DNA of 60,467 bases, filler included. It is 5 parts of 5 records of this genome, joined end to end, with 100 filler letters (N's around TTAATTAATTAA, not from the genome) between each part and the next. Parts side by side here need not be neighbours in the genome. Positions count along the whole stretch, not along the records: positions 14,819 to 41,255 come from SRR22947727_3167; positions 41,356 to 49,839 come from SRR22947727_3172; 3 more parts are not named here. The stretch is one strand, 5' to 3'. Positions 38,912 to 49,287 of the stretch are shown piece by piece (the stretch's first letter is position 1; the number at the start of each line of letters is the position of its first letter). The notes beneath the pieces are model-generated. The model searched no databases and was not told the DNA's origin. It saw nothing but the letters and a program-made list of their open reading frames with translations. Made by a program: the position numbers and the translations under genes.

Positions 38912-39883
38912 TTAAGCCCGGCTTGCGCGCAGGTTCCAGCAGTATAGGCACATCAACTCCATACCCACATGCGCCCCCGCAATCGCTGTGGCGCCGGTGG
39001 TGTCAAAGGGCGGCGAGACTTCAACCACATCGCCGCCTTTCATATTGATCCCGCGCAACCCGCGTAAAATGGCAGCCGCTTGCGCTGACGACAGGCCGCC
39101 CCAAACCGGCGTGCCAGTGCCCGGTGCGAAAGCCGGATCAAGGCAATCAATATCAAACGTCAGATAAGTTGGGTGATTGCCGACAATCTCTTTAATTTGC
39201 GCCACAGTGGTCGCCCAGCCTTGTTCATGCACGCGGGGCGCATCGATGACATGCACACCGGCGTCATAATCATTCTGGGTGCGAATGCCGACCTGAACAG
39301 AGCGTTTTACATCCACAATCCCCTCTTTCACAGCCTTGTAAAACATAGTGCCATGATCCACACGCGCCAGATCATCATCCGGCCAAGTGTCGGAATGGGC
39401 GTCAAATTGGATCAGAGCCAAGGGGCCAAATTTCTCCGCATAGGCCCGCAAAATTGGGAAGGTGATGTAATGATCTCCGCCAAGGGTCAAAACCCCTGGC
39501 CCCTGAGCCAGAATACCAGAAATATGCGCCTTAAGAGCTGCGGGAAAGGCAGGGATATTGGCGTAGTCAAAGGCCAAATCCCCATAGTCACATATATTAA
39601 AATCCGCCAAAGGATTGATGTCCCAGCCATAGGGCGGATCACAGGGTTGCAGGGTGCTCGCTTCACGGATGGCGCGCGGGCCCAGCCTTGTGCCTGGCCG
39701 ATTGGTCACCGCCTGATCAAACGGAACACCCGTGACCGCAAGATCCACGCCCTCCAGATCTTTTGAATAGCGACGACGCATGAAAGACAAAGCGCCGCCG
39801 AAAGCATTTTCAAAGGACATGCCTTTATAGCCCACGCGCGTGATGGCATTATCCACGTCATTTGCTGCATCTTTCAAGGCCAT
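38912..39883 (-). CDS. speB: Agmatinase
   Basis: RPG.R.GP.AIR.AS, GGDHYIT, FDAHSD, DHGTMFY and FDIDCLDP.FAPGTGTP. Confidence 0.88.
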   Translation of the reverse strand: MALKDAANDVDNAITRVGYKGMSFENAFGGALSFMRRRYSKDLEGVDLAVTGVPFDQAVTNRPGTRLGPRAIREASTLQPCDPPYGWDINPLADFNICDYGDLAFDYANIPAFPAALKAHISGILAQGPGVLTLGGDHYITFPILRAYAEKFGPLALIQFDAHSDTWPDDDLARVDHGTMFYKAVKEGIVDVKRSVQVGIRTQNDYDAGVHVIDAPRVHEQGWATTVAQIKEIVGNHPTYLTFDIDCLDPAFAPGTGTPVWGGLSSAQAAAILRGLRGINMKGGDVVEVSPPFDTTGATAIAGAHVGMELMCLYCWNLRASRA

Positions 39884-41050
39884 TTACTGCTCCAAAGGTT
39901 GCGCGCGCTCTACCAAACGCGCAAAAAATGAGGCCCCAACCGGGGACACCTCGTCATTAAAATCAAACGCTGCATTGTGCCAAGCGGCCCCCTTGCCCTG
40001 CCCTAAAAACAAATAGCAGCCGGGCCGTTTCTCCAGAAGGTAGGAAAAATCTTCTGCGCCCATCTCGCGGGTCCGGTCTGTCTCTAGCAAAGCCGTCCCG
40101 CAGACCTCCTCGGCCACCTGGCAGGCAAAGGCAGATTGGTCAGGAGAATTGATCGTGGCGGGATAGCCGCGGGTATAGGTGCATGTCACATCCACCCCAA
40201 AGGCCGCCGCATGCCCGGCACAAATCTCTCCCATCCGCCGCTCCACCATATCCTGCACCGGACGGGCAAAACTGCGCACCGTGCCCCCAACAAAGGCGCT
40301 GTCATTGATCACATTGTCGATGGTGCCGGCGTGAATTTGCGTCACGCTCACCACCAAATCCTCGACCGCATTATGATTGCGGCTGACGATGGTTTGAAAG
40401 GCCTGGGTGATCGACACAGCGGCGGGAATGGCATCCACTGCCAAATGCGGCATGGCCCCATGCCCCCCCTGCCCGGTGATATGCACTTCAAATGTGTCCA
40501 CCGCGGCCATGATCGGACCTGGCGTTGTGCTCAACTGCCCGGCTGGCGCGCCCGGCTCGCAGTGCAGCGCATAGACAGTTTCTATTCCAAAACGCTCAAT
40601 AATCCCCTCTTGCACCATAACCTCACCCCCGCCCCCATTCTCCTCGGCAGGCTGAAAGATTAAGGCCACAGTGCCGGCAAAATTACGCGTTTCCGCCAAA
40701 TAGCGCGCGGCCCCGAGCAACATTGTGGTATGGCCATCATGGCCACAGGCGTGCATCTTACCTGGAACTTGACTGGCATAGGCGGCCCCGGTGGCCTCCT
40801 CAATTGGCAGCGCGTCCATATCGGCGCGCAGACCAATCACCGGACCGGGCGCACTGCCATGTATCAAAGCCACCAGCCCCGATTGCGCGATGCCGCTGTG
40901 AATTTCACTGATGCCAAACTCTTGCAAACGCTCCATCACAAAAGCGGCAGTTTCATGGCACTCGAACCCAAGCTCTGGATTTTGATGCAAATGACGGCGC
41001 CAGGCTTTCATATCCTCGGCAAATTCAGCGATACGGTTGACGATTGGCAT
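39884..41050 (-). CDS. M20D family amidohydrolase (hippurate hydrolase-like)
   Basis: LRADMDALP, MHACGHDGH, FQPAEE and GAEDF. ATG 41050. Confidence 0.92.
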   Translation of the reverse strand: MPIVNRIAEFAEDMKAWRRHLHQNPELGFECHETAAFVMERLQEFGISEIHSGIAQSGLVALIHGSAPGPVIGLRADMDALPIEEATGAAYASQVPGKMHACGHDGHTTMLLGAARYLAETRNFAGTVALIFQPAEENGGGGEVMVQEGIIERFGIETVYALHCEPGAPAGQLSTTPGPIMAAVDTFEVHITGQGGHGAMPHLAVDAIPAAVSITQAFQTIVSRNHNAVEDLVVSVTQIHAGTIDNVINDSAFVGGTVRSFARPVQDMVERRMGEICAGHAAAFGVDVTCTYTRGYPATINSPDQSAFACQVAEEVCGTALLETDRTREMGAEDFSYLLEKRPGCYLFLGQGKGAAWHNAAFDFNDEVSPVGASFFARLVERAQPLEQ

Positions 41051-41099
41051 GGGCTGGCTCCTTATGGGCCAAGAAAAGCGGAATTGAGGGAGCAAAGCA

Positions 41100-41255
41100 A
41101 TGGAGAATGATGATCTGCTACATGCAAAAGATGGGGGCATTGAACGGTTGCTTTATATCATGCGCCGCCTGCGTGATCCTGACACGGGCTGCCCTTGGGA
41201 CATTGAGCAAAGTTTCAGCTCCATTGCCCCCTATACGATCGAAGAAGCCTATGAG
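41100..41255 (+). CDS. mazG: Nucleoside triphosphate pyrophosphohydrolase; 5' fragment
   Basis: IM.RLRDP..GCPWD..Q....IAPYTIEEAYE. Confidence 0.93.
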
Positions 41256-41355
41256 NNNNNNNNNNNNNNNNNNNNNNNNNNNNNNNNNNNNNNNNNNNNT
41301 TAATTAATTAANNNNNNNNNNNNNNNNNNNNNNNNNNNNNNNNNNNNNNNNNNNN
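41256..41355. other. Artificial contig spacer; also the boundary between alphaproteobacterial and cyanobacterial DNA
   Basis: N44-TTAATTAATTAA-N44. Confidence 0.99.
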
Positions 41356-42147
41356 GGTCCATTGAAGGGGGCGATGACGACGAATCAGTGCCAACAATGC
41401 TGGTGGGCCATCCAATGCAAGAAGTTCGGTGAGTCCCACCGTTTCTTCTGAATCGGTTTCTTCTGGATCTGTTTCTGCTGGATCTGAGTCGCTGGAATCG
41501 AGAGGCAAGCGACCACGCTCTTCCATGACACCTTCCCGGTCCAAATGCGCTAACCGAACGCCATCCCTATCGCCGGCAGCGAGATCCTGAAGCAACGGAG
41601 ACTCCGCTGCGATCAAGAGTCCACCATCAATGGAGCGCGTCAAAGACTCTGGCCCTTGATTCACCGCGAGTCCCTGACCCGGAAGAGCCATCCATGCAGG
41701 TGGCAGAGCCATGGTCTCCAATAACCAGCCATTGCGAAGCGAGAAACGCTGAAGACGCGCCTGATGCCCTGCTTGGCGACGCCCCTCGCTCACAATCCAA
41801 GCCCCGTGATTGCCCGTCAGCACCAAACCCTCTGCGTCAAAAGAGGGAGGAAGAGGAGTTCCACTTTGGTCACGCAAAACCAAGCGGGGACCAACCTGCA
41901 GTTGACCTCCTGTTCGTAAGGCTTTTGCAAGCGGGCCCACCGGGAGCAAATATCCCCGTGACGCATCACTCAGCAACCAAAGTCGATCATCCGATGCTTG
42001 GTAAGCCGCAGCGGAAAACCCTCCAAGGGACAGCCCGTTATCGGCTCGTTTTGGGAGTTCCCAAAGACGGATCAAAGCCCAACCAGCATCAAGCGGACAG
42101 GGCAACGCCTCCCAGCGAATCGGCAATTCAGGGAGAGGCCACACCAT
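41356..42147 (-). CDS. Esterase-like activity of phytase family protein; 3' truncated
   Basis: LGGFSA...LSD, DAEG, SEG, N.GPESL and E.PL.QD beta-propeller motifs. Confidence 0.8.
41441..41485. repeat. Three 15-nt in-frame tandem units
   Basis: GTTTCTTCTGAATCG / GTTTCTTCTGGATCT / GTTTCTGCTGGATCT encode DPAET-DPEET-DSEET on the minus strand. Confidence 0.85.
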
Positions 42148-42159
42148 CAGAACAGCCGA

Positions 42160-43095
42160 TTAAACGCGAACCTTTGCCGTAATCCAGGCATCACCCTTCA
42201 CAGCAGCGGCAGCGATCAGATCCGCCAAGGTGACGAGCAATCGGTAACTAAGGGCCACGGCAAGCAGGGGAGCCTCCGGCACCATCGTGCCCATACGAAA
42301 TAACAGAACCACCTCAAACACGCCCAACCCTCCTGGAGCAGCAGGAACAACCAGGCCAGCCGTCCAAGCGAGGGCAAAGGCCGCAAGCCAAAGGCCTAGA
42401 GGCTGCCCAGCCAGGAGTCCGAACGTCTGCAGGCAGCACCAAAACCCCGCAAATCGACAGAGCACGAACAACAGTTCAGAGACCAGGGGCCACCAGGGGT
42501 AAGACGTTCTGCCGCTGCCCAATTCCTCATCCTCAATGGAGGTCGTACTCCCAGGGTCCACGCGATTGAGCTGGCGCAACTTGCTGGTCTCCAGCCGACG
42601 CAACAAAGGCTCACGCCAACGCGGCAACAGCAGCGCGGAAGGAAGAACACAGAGCAACGCCAACCCGTTTTGAAACCCACCAAATGGCACCCACAGCAAG
42701 GCAGCAACCGCCATCACCATCGGCTCCATCAACACCGACACCAAAGCTTTGCCGCCACCAAGTTGAGGCCTGAGAGCACGAAAACGATCGAGGAAATGCC
42801 AAATGCCACCAGGCAGATATTTGAGCAAGTTGCTGCGGAGATAAAGCGGCACCAAGGCCAAGCGTCCAGGCTGATGTCCGAGCCAAACCACCAAGACCTT
42901 CCAAGCCAGGGCATTGACCACCAAACTGAGCCAACTCAAGCCAAGCCCCAACAACAACCACCACCATCCCTGTCGACTAATCGTGAGGGCGCGCAATCCT
43001 GTGGCATGGCTTGCCAATGCCACTCCTACAAAGGCGAGGGTGAGCAGGGTGATCCAAAGCCGTAAACCACCAGGCAAAGAAAGCCGTTTCAGCAC
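42160..43095 (-). CDS. Lysylphosphatidylglycerol synthase TM (UPF0104) domain membrane protein
   Basis: KYLPG..W, APGGLGVFE and YR motifs; multiple TM segments. Confidence 0.8.
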   Translation of the reverse strand: MLKRLSLPGGLRLWITLLTLAFVGVALASHATGLRALTISRQGWWWLLLGLGLSWLSLVVNALAWKVLVVWLGHQPGRLALVPLYLRSNLLKYLPGGIWHFLDRFRALRPQLGGGKALVSVLMEPMVMAVAALLWVPFGGFQNGLALLCVLPSALLLPRWREPLLRRLETSKLRQLNRVDPGSTTSIEDEELGSGRTSYPWWPLVSELLFVLCRFAGFWCCLQTFGLLAGQPLGLWLAAFALAWTAGLVVPAAPGGLGVFEVVLLFRMGTMVPEAPLLAVALSYRLLVTLADLIAAAAVKGDAWITAKVRV

Positions 43096-44300
43096 TGCCA
43101 GTCCTCCTCGGGCTCAAAAGCATGGGCCTCGAGAGCGAGGCGATCACGAAGCTCCATCACGGTGAGACCAGCCTCAGCAGACACACGCTGGAGCTCATCT
43201 TGCTCCCACTTCAGAGTGAGAGTCCCATCCGGTCGGCGCGTCTGCTTGGCGCGAATCATGCCCCAAGGGGTTGCACTTGCCCCACATCGACGGGGCAGCA
43301 CCCAGCGACCCTGTTCTCTCTCCCTTAAGCCGATGGTTGGACTATGGCGCCACCACACCTCCCGCAAGGCAGCAGCCTGATCTGGCGTTGTAAGGGCGAT
43401 CACCGAAGTACCGGGCCTTTGCTTTTTCATCAACACGGCTCCCTGAACCACATCCAACGCGCCAGCCAAACGCAAGTGCTGAGCCAGGCTTGCCAACTCT
43501 TCGGCAGTGGCATCGTCAATCCAAGCCTCCTGCACCACAAGCTCCTGCCAACCAGGCTGTGTTCTGCTCGCAGCACGAATGCGGATCAAGCGCAGGAGGT
43601 TGGGACGATCCAAACAGCGATGGCCGAGACCAACTCCGACGGCTTCAACCTCCATTCTTGATGGGCGTTGAAAGTGATCCGCCAACACAGCCACCAAGGC
43701 CAACCCGGTGGGTGTGGTGAGCTCAGCAGCAGGAAGATCTTCCCCCGTGAGGAGCGGCAGCTGATGACGCTTCGCCAATTCGAGTACTGCTGGCACCGGA
43801 ACAGGAAGCACCCCATGGGCCGTTGTCACTCGACCATGGCCGGAGGGAGGGGCTGTGCAATAAATCGACTCAGGGGCAAGGTTCTCGATGCCAGCGCAGA
43901 CGCCGATCACATCCACCAAGCTGTCGATCGCCCCAATCTCATGGAAGTGAACTTGATCAGGGGCACAACCGTGCACCGTGGCTTCCGCATCCGCCAGGGC
44001 CTGGAACACCTGCAACACCTTTGTCTTTAGGGAAGGTGACAGCGAAGCCTCCGAGATCAACGCGCGCAGATCTAACCAGCGACGATGGGGAGGGTTCGCT
44101 TCCTCGCTGCTCACCGAGAGCCGAAGCCCACGCAATCCTCCACTCTGAGATTCCTCAACGTTGAGCCCGTAGGCCTTGGCGAGACCAAGAGCATGCAGGG
44201 GCTCATGAACAACCGACTCCGGCACTCCTAAATCCAGGACTGCCGACAACAACATGTCCCCGGCAAGACCGGTTGGACAATCAATCACCAGGGCGCTCAT
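43089..44300 (-). CDS. larC: Nickel pincer cofactor Ni-insertion protein
   Basis: G.AGDML, VHFHEIGA.DS.VD, HG.LPVP.PA, ELTTPTG, IDD and MKK.RPG. Confidence 0.92.
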   Translation of the reverse strand: MSALVIDCPTGLAGDMLLSAVLDLGVPESVVHEPLHALGLAKAYGLNVEESQSGGLRGLRLSVSSEEANPPHRRWLDLRALISEASLSPSLKTKVLQVFQALADAEATVHGCAPDQVHFHEIGAIDSLVDVIGVCAGIENLAPESIYCTAPPSGHGRVTTAHGVLPVPVPAVLELAKRHQLPLLTGEDLPAAELTTPTGLALVAVLADHFQRPSRMEVEAVGVGLGHRCLDRPNLLRLIRIRAASRTQPGWQELVVQEAWIDDATAEELASLAQHLRLAGALDVVQGAVLMKKQRPGTSVIALTTPDQAAALREVWWRHSPTIGLREREQGRWVLPRRCGASATPWGMIRAKQTRRPDGTLTLKWEQDELQRVSAEAGLTVMELRDRLALEAHAFEPEEDWQC

Positions 44301-44935
44301 GCTGGCTCTGGAGGCATGCCGTCCAGCAACCTGTTGGCGATCGATTCGAGCTCAGTGCGTCGCAAACGCAACAGCTGCTCCACCTCCCGACGTGCCCGGC
44401 GTTGCTCTCGCTGAGCCGTATCAACATCTTGTCCAGACACCCCCCAGATCCGTCCCAACAGAGCCTTGTCATCTTCCCCACCTTGAGGGGGCCCCTCAAG
44501 CAGCGTCTCCGCAGCCATTCCGGCCTGAAGAACCCGGCTCCAGCGACGCAAGTCTTCTAGAGACAAACGGGCCCGATCGGGTAGAGCAAATTCGGTGACA
44601 CCATTGCAACGCAACCCTGCCTGAAGACAACCACGGGTTCCAACAAGAACCCGTTTGACCTCGAGATTTTCCTCTTGAGCAACCAACCAGTGACCAGCCT
44701 CGTGAAACGCAACTCTGCGCAATCTGTTGCGTCCTCCGGGCAGTGATTCCGCCAAAAGGTGACCTCCCATCCCGTTGAACTGAGCAGCGTCAACGGTGAG
44801 GCCCAAAAGGGCACCTCCCAACCCGAGGGCAATCCATGCCGTCGACAGTCCGATCAATGGTCCAAACACTGCCAAACCAGTAGCGCTAGCCACCGCGACA
44901 CCGGCAGTGGTGTTGAAGGTGGGGGAAGAGGGCAT
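44297..44935 (-). CDS. Conserved cyanobacterial membrane protein with M41-like Zn motif
   Basis: Two TM helices, then RVAFHEAGH and AGMAAE...GG.DD. ATG at 44935. Confidence 0.75.
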   Translation of the reverse strand: MPSSPTFNTTAGVAVASATGLAVFGPLIGLSTAWIALGLGGALLGLTVDAAQFNGMGGHLLAESLPGGRNRLRRVAFHEAGHWLVAQEENLEVKRVLVGTRGCLQAGLRCNGVTEFALPDRARLSLEDLRRWSRVLQAGMAAETLLEGPPQGGEDDKALLGRIWGVSGQDVDTAQREQRRARREVEQLLRLRRTELESIANRLLDGMPPEPA

Positions 44936-44939
44936 CAGG

Positions 44940-45611
44940 TCAGGTTTTGGCAGGTCGAGGACGGGCGCCTCCCTTACGGGATCCCTCCCGACCTTTTCCG
45001 CCTCGCGTCGGCATCGGTGCAATCACTTCAACGGCCTCAACAGAGAGGAGCTGTCCTTGACGGCGCACATCCAAGCTGACGAAATGCCTTAGATGCTCGA
45101 GGGGCAGTTCTCCTGTGAGCTGAACTTTGAAGGGCAAAGGACGGAATCCATCAGCTCGAGGGAGCTGGCGCACCTTCACGACGAGCTCATTCGCTTCTGG
45201 CTTCGTAAAAATCAATTCGCCACGAATCGAGAAGAAGTCGTCACCTTCGGGCAGTTGATCCAAGGAACCCGGGGTCTCTGAGGCTTCGGCATCCACGCTC
45301 TCGGCATCCGAGGCCTCAGCTGTCGCCAGCGTGCTCGGCTCCCAAATTCCTGCAATTTGGAGATGCAGCTGATCTGACTCACGGCAGCGGGGATACACCA
45401 CCCACAGGTGAGGCGTTGACATATCGAGATGACGACGCATGAGGGTGAGCATCCTGCCAAGAACGACAGCCTCTAATTCATTGCCATCGGAATCAATCAA
45501 GACCCCCCGGGTCAGCTGATCGTCAGATTCCGGTCGATAGATCCCCCTAACAACACCGATCGCCCGGTACTGGAGGGGTTCTGTAACCGGGGAAATCGGA
45601 TGGTCGCGCAT
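44940..45611 (-). CDS. Conserved picocyanobacterial hypothetical protein
   Basis: PI.PVT.PLQYRAIG...HLWVVYPR...GIWEP pattern; co-oriented with the operon. Confidence 0.8.
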   Translation of the reverse strand: MRDHPISPVTEPLQYRAIGVVRGIYRPESDDQLTRGVLIDSDGNELEAVVLGRMLTLMRRHLDMSTPHLWVVYPRCRESDQLHLQIAGIWEPSTLATAEASDAESVDAEASETPGSLDQLPEGDDFFSIRGELIFTKPEANELVVKVRQLPRADGFRPLPFKVQLTGELPLEHLRHFVSLDVRRQGQLLSVEAVEVIAPMPTRGGKGREGSRKGGARPRPAKT

Positions 45612-45629
45612 TGATGTGAGTGGCTTCCA

Positions 45630-46520
45630 TTGGCCTTAAGTGACTCTAGCCAGCTCGGGGGATTCGAATCAGAGTGGGCTGAGCACTCCCCATGCAGATT
45701 GCCCGGCGCTAACCGATTACAGGCGGTTCGACATCGATGGATGATGGGGTTGGGACTTCCTTTGGCCCTGATCGCAGGCTGGCTTGTAGCCCAAGCACTG
45801 AATCAATATCCAAAGGACGATCAAAAGGCCGATCAAAAGACCAATCAACAGCCGCTGTCAGGCGTCAAGCCTGTCGAACATCCAGCCAAGAGAAAAGCTC
45901 CTCAAGCCATTGAGCCAGAGCAAAGGCTTGAGCAACTCGCCCTCTCCCATCTACGCGAGTGGCCGTGGCGCATCCTCCTGGCCAAAAGAAAGCTCCAACG
46001 CGGTGATCGCGATGGAGCAGGGCGTGAGCTCATCACTCTTCAAGCGCTATGGCCAAATCGCCCAGAAGTGCAGAACCTCCAACTGCTGTTGGATCTGGGA
46101 ACAAAGCGTCAGGCCACCGCTTTGGAACAGACAAACGATCGTTTCAAGAAAACACCCAAAGGTCAACGACTCACGCTTGGATTGCGCCTCGCTGATTTGC
46201 AACGCCTCTCCGGACAAGACAACGCAGCCATCGCCACCTACCGCCTCATTGCCGCAGAGTCTCCAAAGAACATGCAACCTCTGCTCGCCCTCGCCCTACT
46301 CCATCGAGACAAGGGACAGCGAGAGCTATCGCAAAAGGTATTGCTCAGGGTCATGAATCGTCTTTCTGTCAGTGAACAGAACAAGCAAGCCCTGGATCAG
46401 GTAGCGGTGCGCTGGCAACTTGACTCGTTCCGAAAGGGTGAGGACAGAACGGCAAATCGTCGCCCAAACGTGCTGCTCCCTCCTCCTAAGGCGCAGGCTG
46501 AGACGACTCCAAAGCCTTAA
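45630..46520 (+). CDS. Membrane-anchored helical-repeat (TPR-like) hypothetical protein; true start possibly downstream (~45741)
   Basis: One TM helix followed by Leu/Ala-rich helices. Confidence 0.65.
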   Translation: MALSDSSQLGGFESEWAEHSPCRLPGANRLQAVRHRWMMGLGLPLALIAGWLVAQALNQYPKDDQKADQKTNQQPLSGVKPVEHPAKRKAPQAIEPEQRLEQLALSHLREWPWRILLAKRKLQRGDRDGAGRELITLQALWPNRPEVQNLQLLLDLGTKRQATALEQTNDRFKKTPKGQRLTLGLRLADLQRLSGQDNAAIATYRLIAAESPKNMQPLLALALLHRDKGQRELSQKVLLRVMNRLSVSEQNKQALDQVAVRWQLDSFRKGEDRTANRRPNVLLPPPKAQAETTPKP

Positions 46521-46806
46521 GCGCCGCATCGATGGCGTCTGCGGGTGGTGTGGCGTCATTCATCGCATTGGCCCTGCGCAACCGATTCATCAAGTCCATG
46601 GGATTGGTGGCATCAAGCACCGACTCCTGGTCGTTCTGGCCTGGCACGGTCTGGAACACATCACGCTGCTGGGGAGACTGATAGCCGCTACCCATCGAGC
46701 TTTCCTGAGCCAACACATCGACGGAAATGAGCAGCGACATCGCGCTGATGAGGCCAAGAAGATGAGGTCTTAACGCGGTAAGCGATGGCACGTTCTCAGC
46801 TCCCAA
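46486..46806 (-). CDS. Exported conserved hypothetical protein
   Basis: Signal-like segment then LDATNPMDLMNRLRRA.AM.DAT.P.DAID.AL. Confidence 0.7.
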   Translation of the reverse strand: MGAENVPSLTALRPHLLGLISAMSLLISVDVLAQESSMGSGYQSPQQRDVFQTVPGQNDQESVLDATNPMDLMNRLRRANAMNDATPPADAIDAALKALESSQPAP

Positions 46807-46851
46807 ATAACGGCTCGATGCTAAGGGTCACCTTCAGAAGCCGCATCATCC

Positions 46852-47676
46852 GTGCAAATCGCCAGCTGGAATGTCAATTCAGTGCGAACCCGACTGAATC
46901 ATGTCCTGAATTGGCTTGAACACTCGCAAGCAGACCTGCTGGCGTTGCAAGAAACCAAGGTGGATGATCCTCAATTTCCGCTAGAGCACTTTCTCCAGAG
47001 GGGATATGAAGTTCAGTTTTACGGACAGAAGGCCTACAACGGCGTTGCACTGATCAGTCGCACACCTGTTGAAGACGTGCGGATGGGTTTCAGCGCTGAG
47101 CTCCCCGACGACGCAGAAGCCGAGGAGCTTAGTGCTCAAAAACGCGTCATCAGCGCACTCATCGATGGCGTTCGAGTGGTGAATTTGTACGTCCCCAACG
47201 GATCGAGTCTCAGCTCGGATAAATACAACTACAAACTCAAATGGCTGTCCTGCCTCGAGCGCTACCTCAGGGCCATCCAGACCAGAGACGAACCGCTCTG
47301 CGTGGTGGGGGATTTCAATATCGGGCTTGAAGCGCGAGACCTACCTGATCCGGATCGCTTGTCCGGGGGGATCATGGCCTCAGATCGCGAACGGGACGCG
47401 TTAAGAGCGGCCTTAGGTCCTGATCTTCAAGACGCCTTTCGTCTGTTTGAACCCAACAGCGGCCATTGGAGCTGGTGGGATTACCGCAGTGGTGCTTGGG
47501 ACCGAGATCGTGGCTGGCGAATCGATCACGTGTATCTCGATGAAACACTTCGGGGGGTGGCGCGGAGCTGTTCGATCGACAAGCAAGAACGAGGACGGAT
47601 CCAACCCAGCGACCACGCACCTGTGGTGGTTGACCTGGCCTGGGATTTAGAGGACGACGACGAGGTTGAAGACTGA
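46852..47676 (+). CDS. xth: Exodeoxyribonuclease III
   Basis: SWNVNS, LQETK, YNGVA, GDFN, WWDYR, RIDH and SDHAP. Confidence 0.96.
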   Translation: MQIASWNVNSVRTRLNHVLNWLEHSQADLLALQETKVDDPQFPLEHFLQRGYEVQFYGQKAYNGVALISRTPVEDVRMGFSAELPDDAEAEELSAQKRVISALIDGVRVVNLYVPNGSSLSSDKYNYKLKWLSCLERYLRAIQTRDEPLCVVGDFNIGLEARDLPDPDRLSGGIMASDRERDALRAALGPDLQDAFRLFEPNSGHWSWWDYRSGAWDRDRGWRIDHVYLDETLRGVARSCSIDKQERGRIQPSDHAPVVVDLAWDLEDDDEVED

Positions 47677-47678
47677 TT

Positions 47679-49151
47679 TCAATACACAATCGCTTCTTCG
47701 GGAAGCGTTTGCCCTTCAACCTGCAACTGCACGGAACGTCGCATTGACTCGCCACAGCTTTGTGGTGTTGGAAAAATTTTTCCGGGATTGGCACGGCCAA
47801 GCGGATCAAAAGCAAGCCGAACCCATTGCATGCTGACCAGATCATCAGCGCTGAACATTTGGTCGAGATAACAGCGCTTATCGCTGCCAACTCCGTGTTC
47901 TCCGCTAATGCTGCCGCCCACCTCAAGGCAAAGATGCATGATCGCGCCTCCGAGTGCCTTTACCCGTTCATTTACACCCGGCTCTGATGCGCGATACAGG
48001 ATTAGCGGATGCAGGTTGCCATCACCGGCATGAAACACATTGGCCACCACCAGACCATGGTCCGCACTGAGTTGATCGATCGCCTTAAGAACCCTGGGAA
48101 GAGCCGTACGTGGCACCACCCCATCCTGGAGGTAATAGCTGGGGTATTGCCTGCCAAGCGCTGAGATGGCACTTTTTCGTCCCTTCCAGAGACGGGCTCG
48201 ATCCTCTTCACTCCAGGCCTCACGGATATCGCCGGCCCCAGCCTCTCGACAAAGGGACGAGGTGACCGTGACGGCTTGCTGGACCTCCGGTTCCTGGCCA
48301 TCAAGCTCAATCAATAAAACAGCTCCAGCCTCCGGCGGATACTCCTCTTCTCCAAACGCTTCATTTACCGCTTTGATGCAGGTTTGATCCATGATTTCCA
48401 ACCCAGCCGGTAACACCCCAGCGCGAGTGATCAAGCGCACAGCCTCTCCAGCGGCCTGCATAGATGGGAAATCTGCCAGCAACACACCAACGGCATCGGG
48501 AGCACGCAGCAAGCGGAGCGTGATCGCCGTGGCGATTCCAAGCGTGCCCTCACTGCCAATAAACACGCCCCGCAGATCCAGCTCAGCCGCATCGCATAAC
48601 GAGGTTCCAAGGCGCGTGGGTGTGCCATCCGGCAGCACAACATCCAAGGCGAGCACATGGTTGCTGGTGACGCCGTACTTCAAGCAATGCACACCACCTG
48701 AATTTTCAGCGACATTGCCGCCGATGCTGCAGACCACCTGACTCGAAGGATCTGGGGCGTAATAAAAGCCATCTCCAACCACCGCACGGCTCACCCAACT
48801 ATTGATTACACCGGGCTCCACCGTGATCGTCTGATTCTCGAGATCAATCTGGAGAATTCGGCGCATACGACTGGTCACCACCAAAAGCGCTTCTTGCTCC
48901 ACCAACGCACCACCTGAAAGCCCAGTGCCACTCCCTCGAGCCACAAAAGGAATGCCCTGGCGGTGGCAACACGCCAAAATTTTGGCCACCTGATCGGCCG
49001 TTTCTGGCAACACCGCAAGCTTCGGCATGTGCCGATCCATGGTGAGACCATCACAGTCGTAAGTCAGCAATTCCTGCCGCCTCGCGACGACTGATTTGGA
49101 CGGAAGGAACCCTCTCAACTCCCGCTCAAGCGCTGGCCAGTCGTAGTTCAC
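47679..49151 (-). CDS. glcD: Glycolate dehydrogenase FAD subunit
   Basis: [44 protein letters not shown] and GEHGVG. GTG start at 49151. Confidence 0.9.
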   Translation of the reverse strand: MNYDWPALERELRGFLPSKSVVARRQELLTYDCDGLTMDRHMPKLAVLPETADQVAKILACCHRQGIPFVARGSGTGLSGGALVEQEALLVVTSRMRRILQIDLENQTITVEPGVINSWVSRAVVGDGFYYAPDPSSQVVCSIGGNVAENSGGVHCLKYGVTSNHVLALDVVLPDGTPTRLGTSLCDAAELDLRGVFIGSEGTLGIATAITLRLLRAPDAVGVLLADFPSMQAAGEAVRLITRAGVLPAGLEIMDQTCIKAVNEAFGEEEYPPEAGAVLLIELDGQEPEVQQAVTVTSSLCREAGAGDIREAWSEEDRARLWKGRKSAISALGRQYPSYYLQDGVVPRTALPRVLKAIDQLSADHGLVVANVFHAGDGNLHPLILYRASEPGVNERVKALGGAIMHLCLEVGGSISGEHGVGSDKRCYLDQMFSADDLVSMQWVRLAFDPLGRANPGKIFPTPQSCGESMRRSVQLQVEGQTLPEEAIVY

Positions 49152-49287
49152 TGATGACGTGCCGTACTGCCGCAACTTAGGCAGTTTTGTCATCAATTCT
49201 TTGGCTTCAAGTACAGAAAAAACACATCGGGCCGATCTTGGGTCAAGATGTTGCACGGTTTGCAACTGCCCTTTGGCTCCCGTCCCC

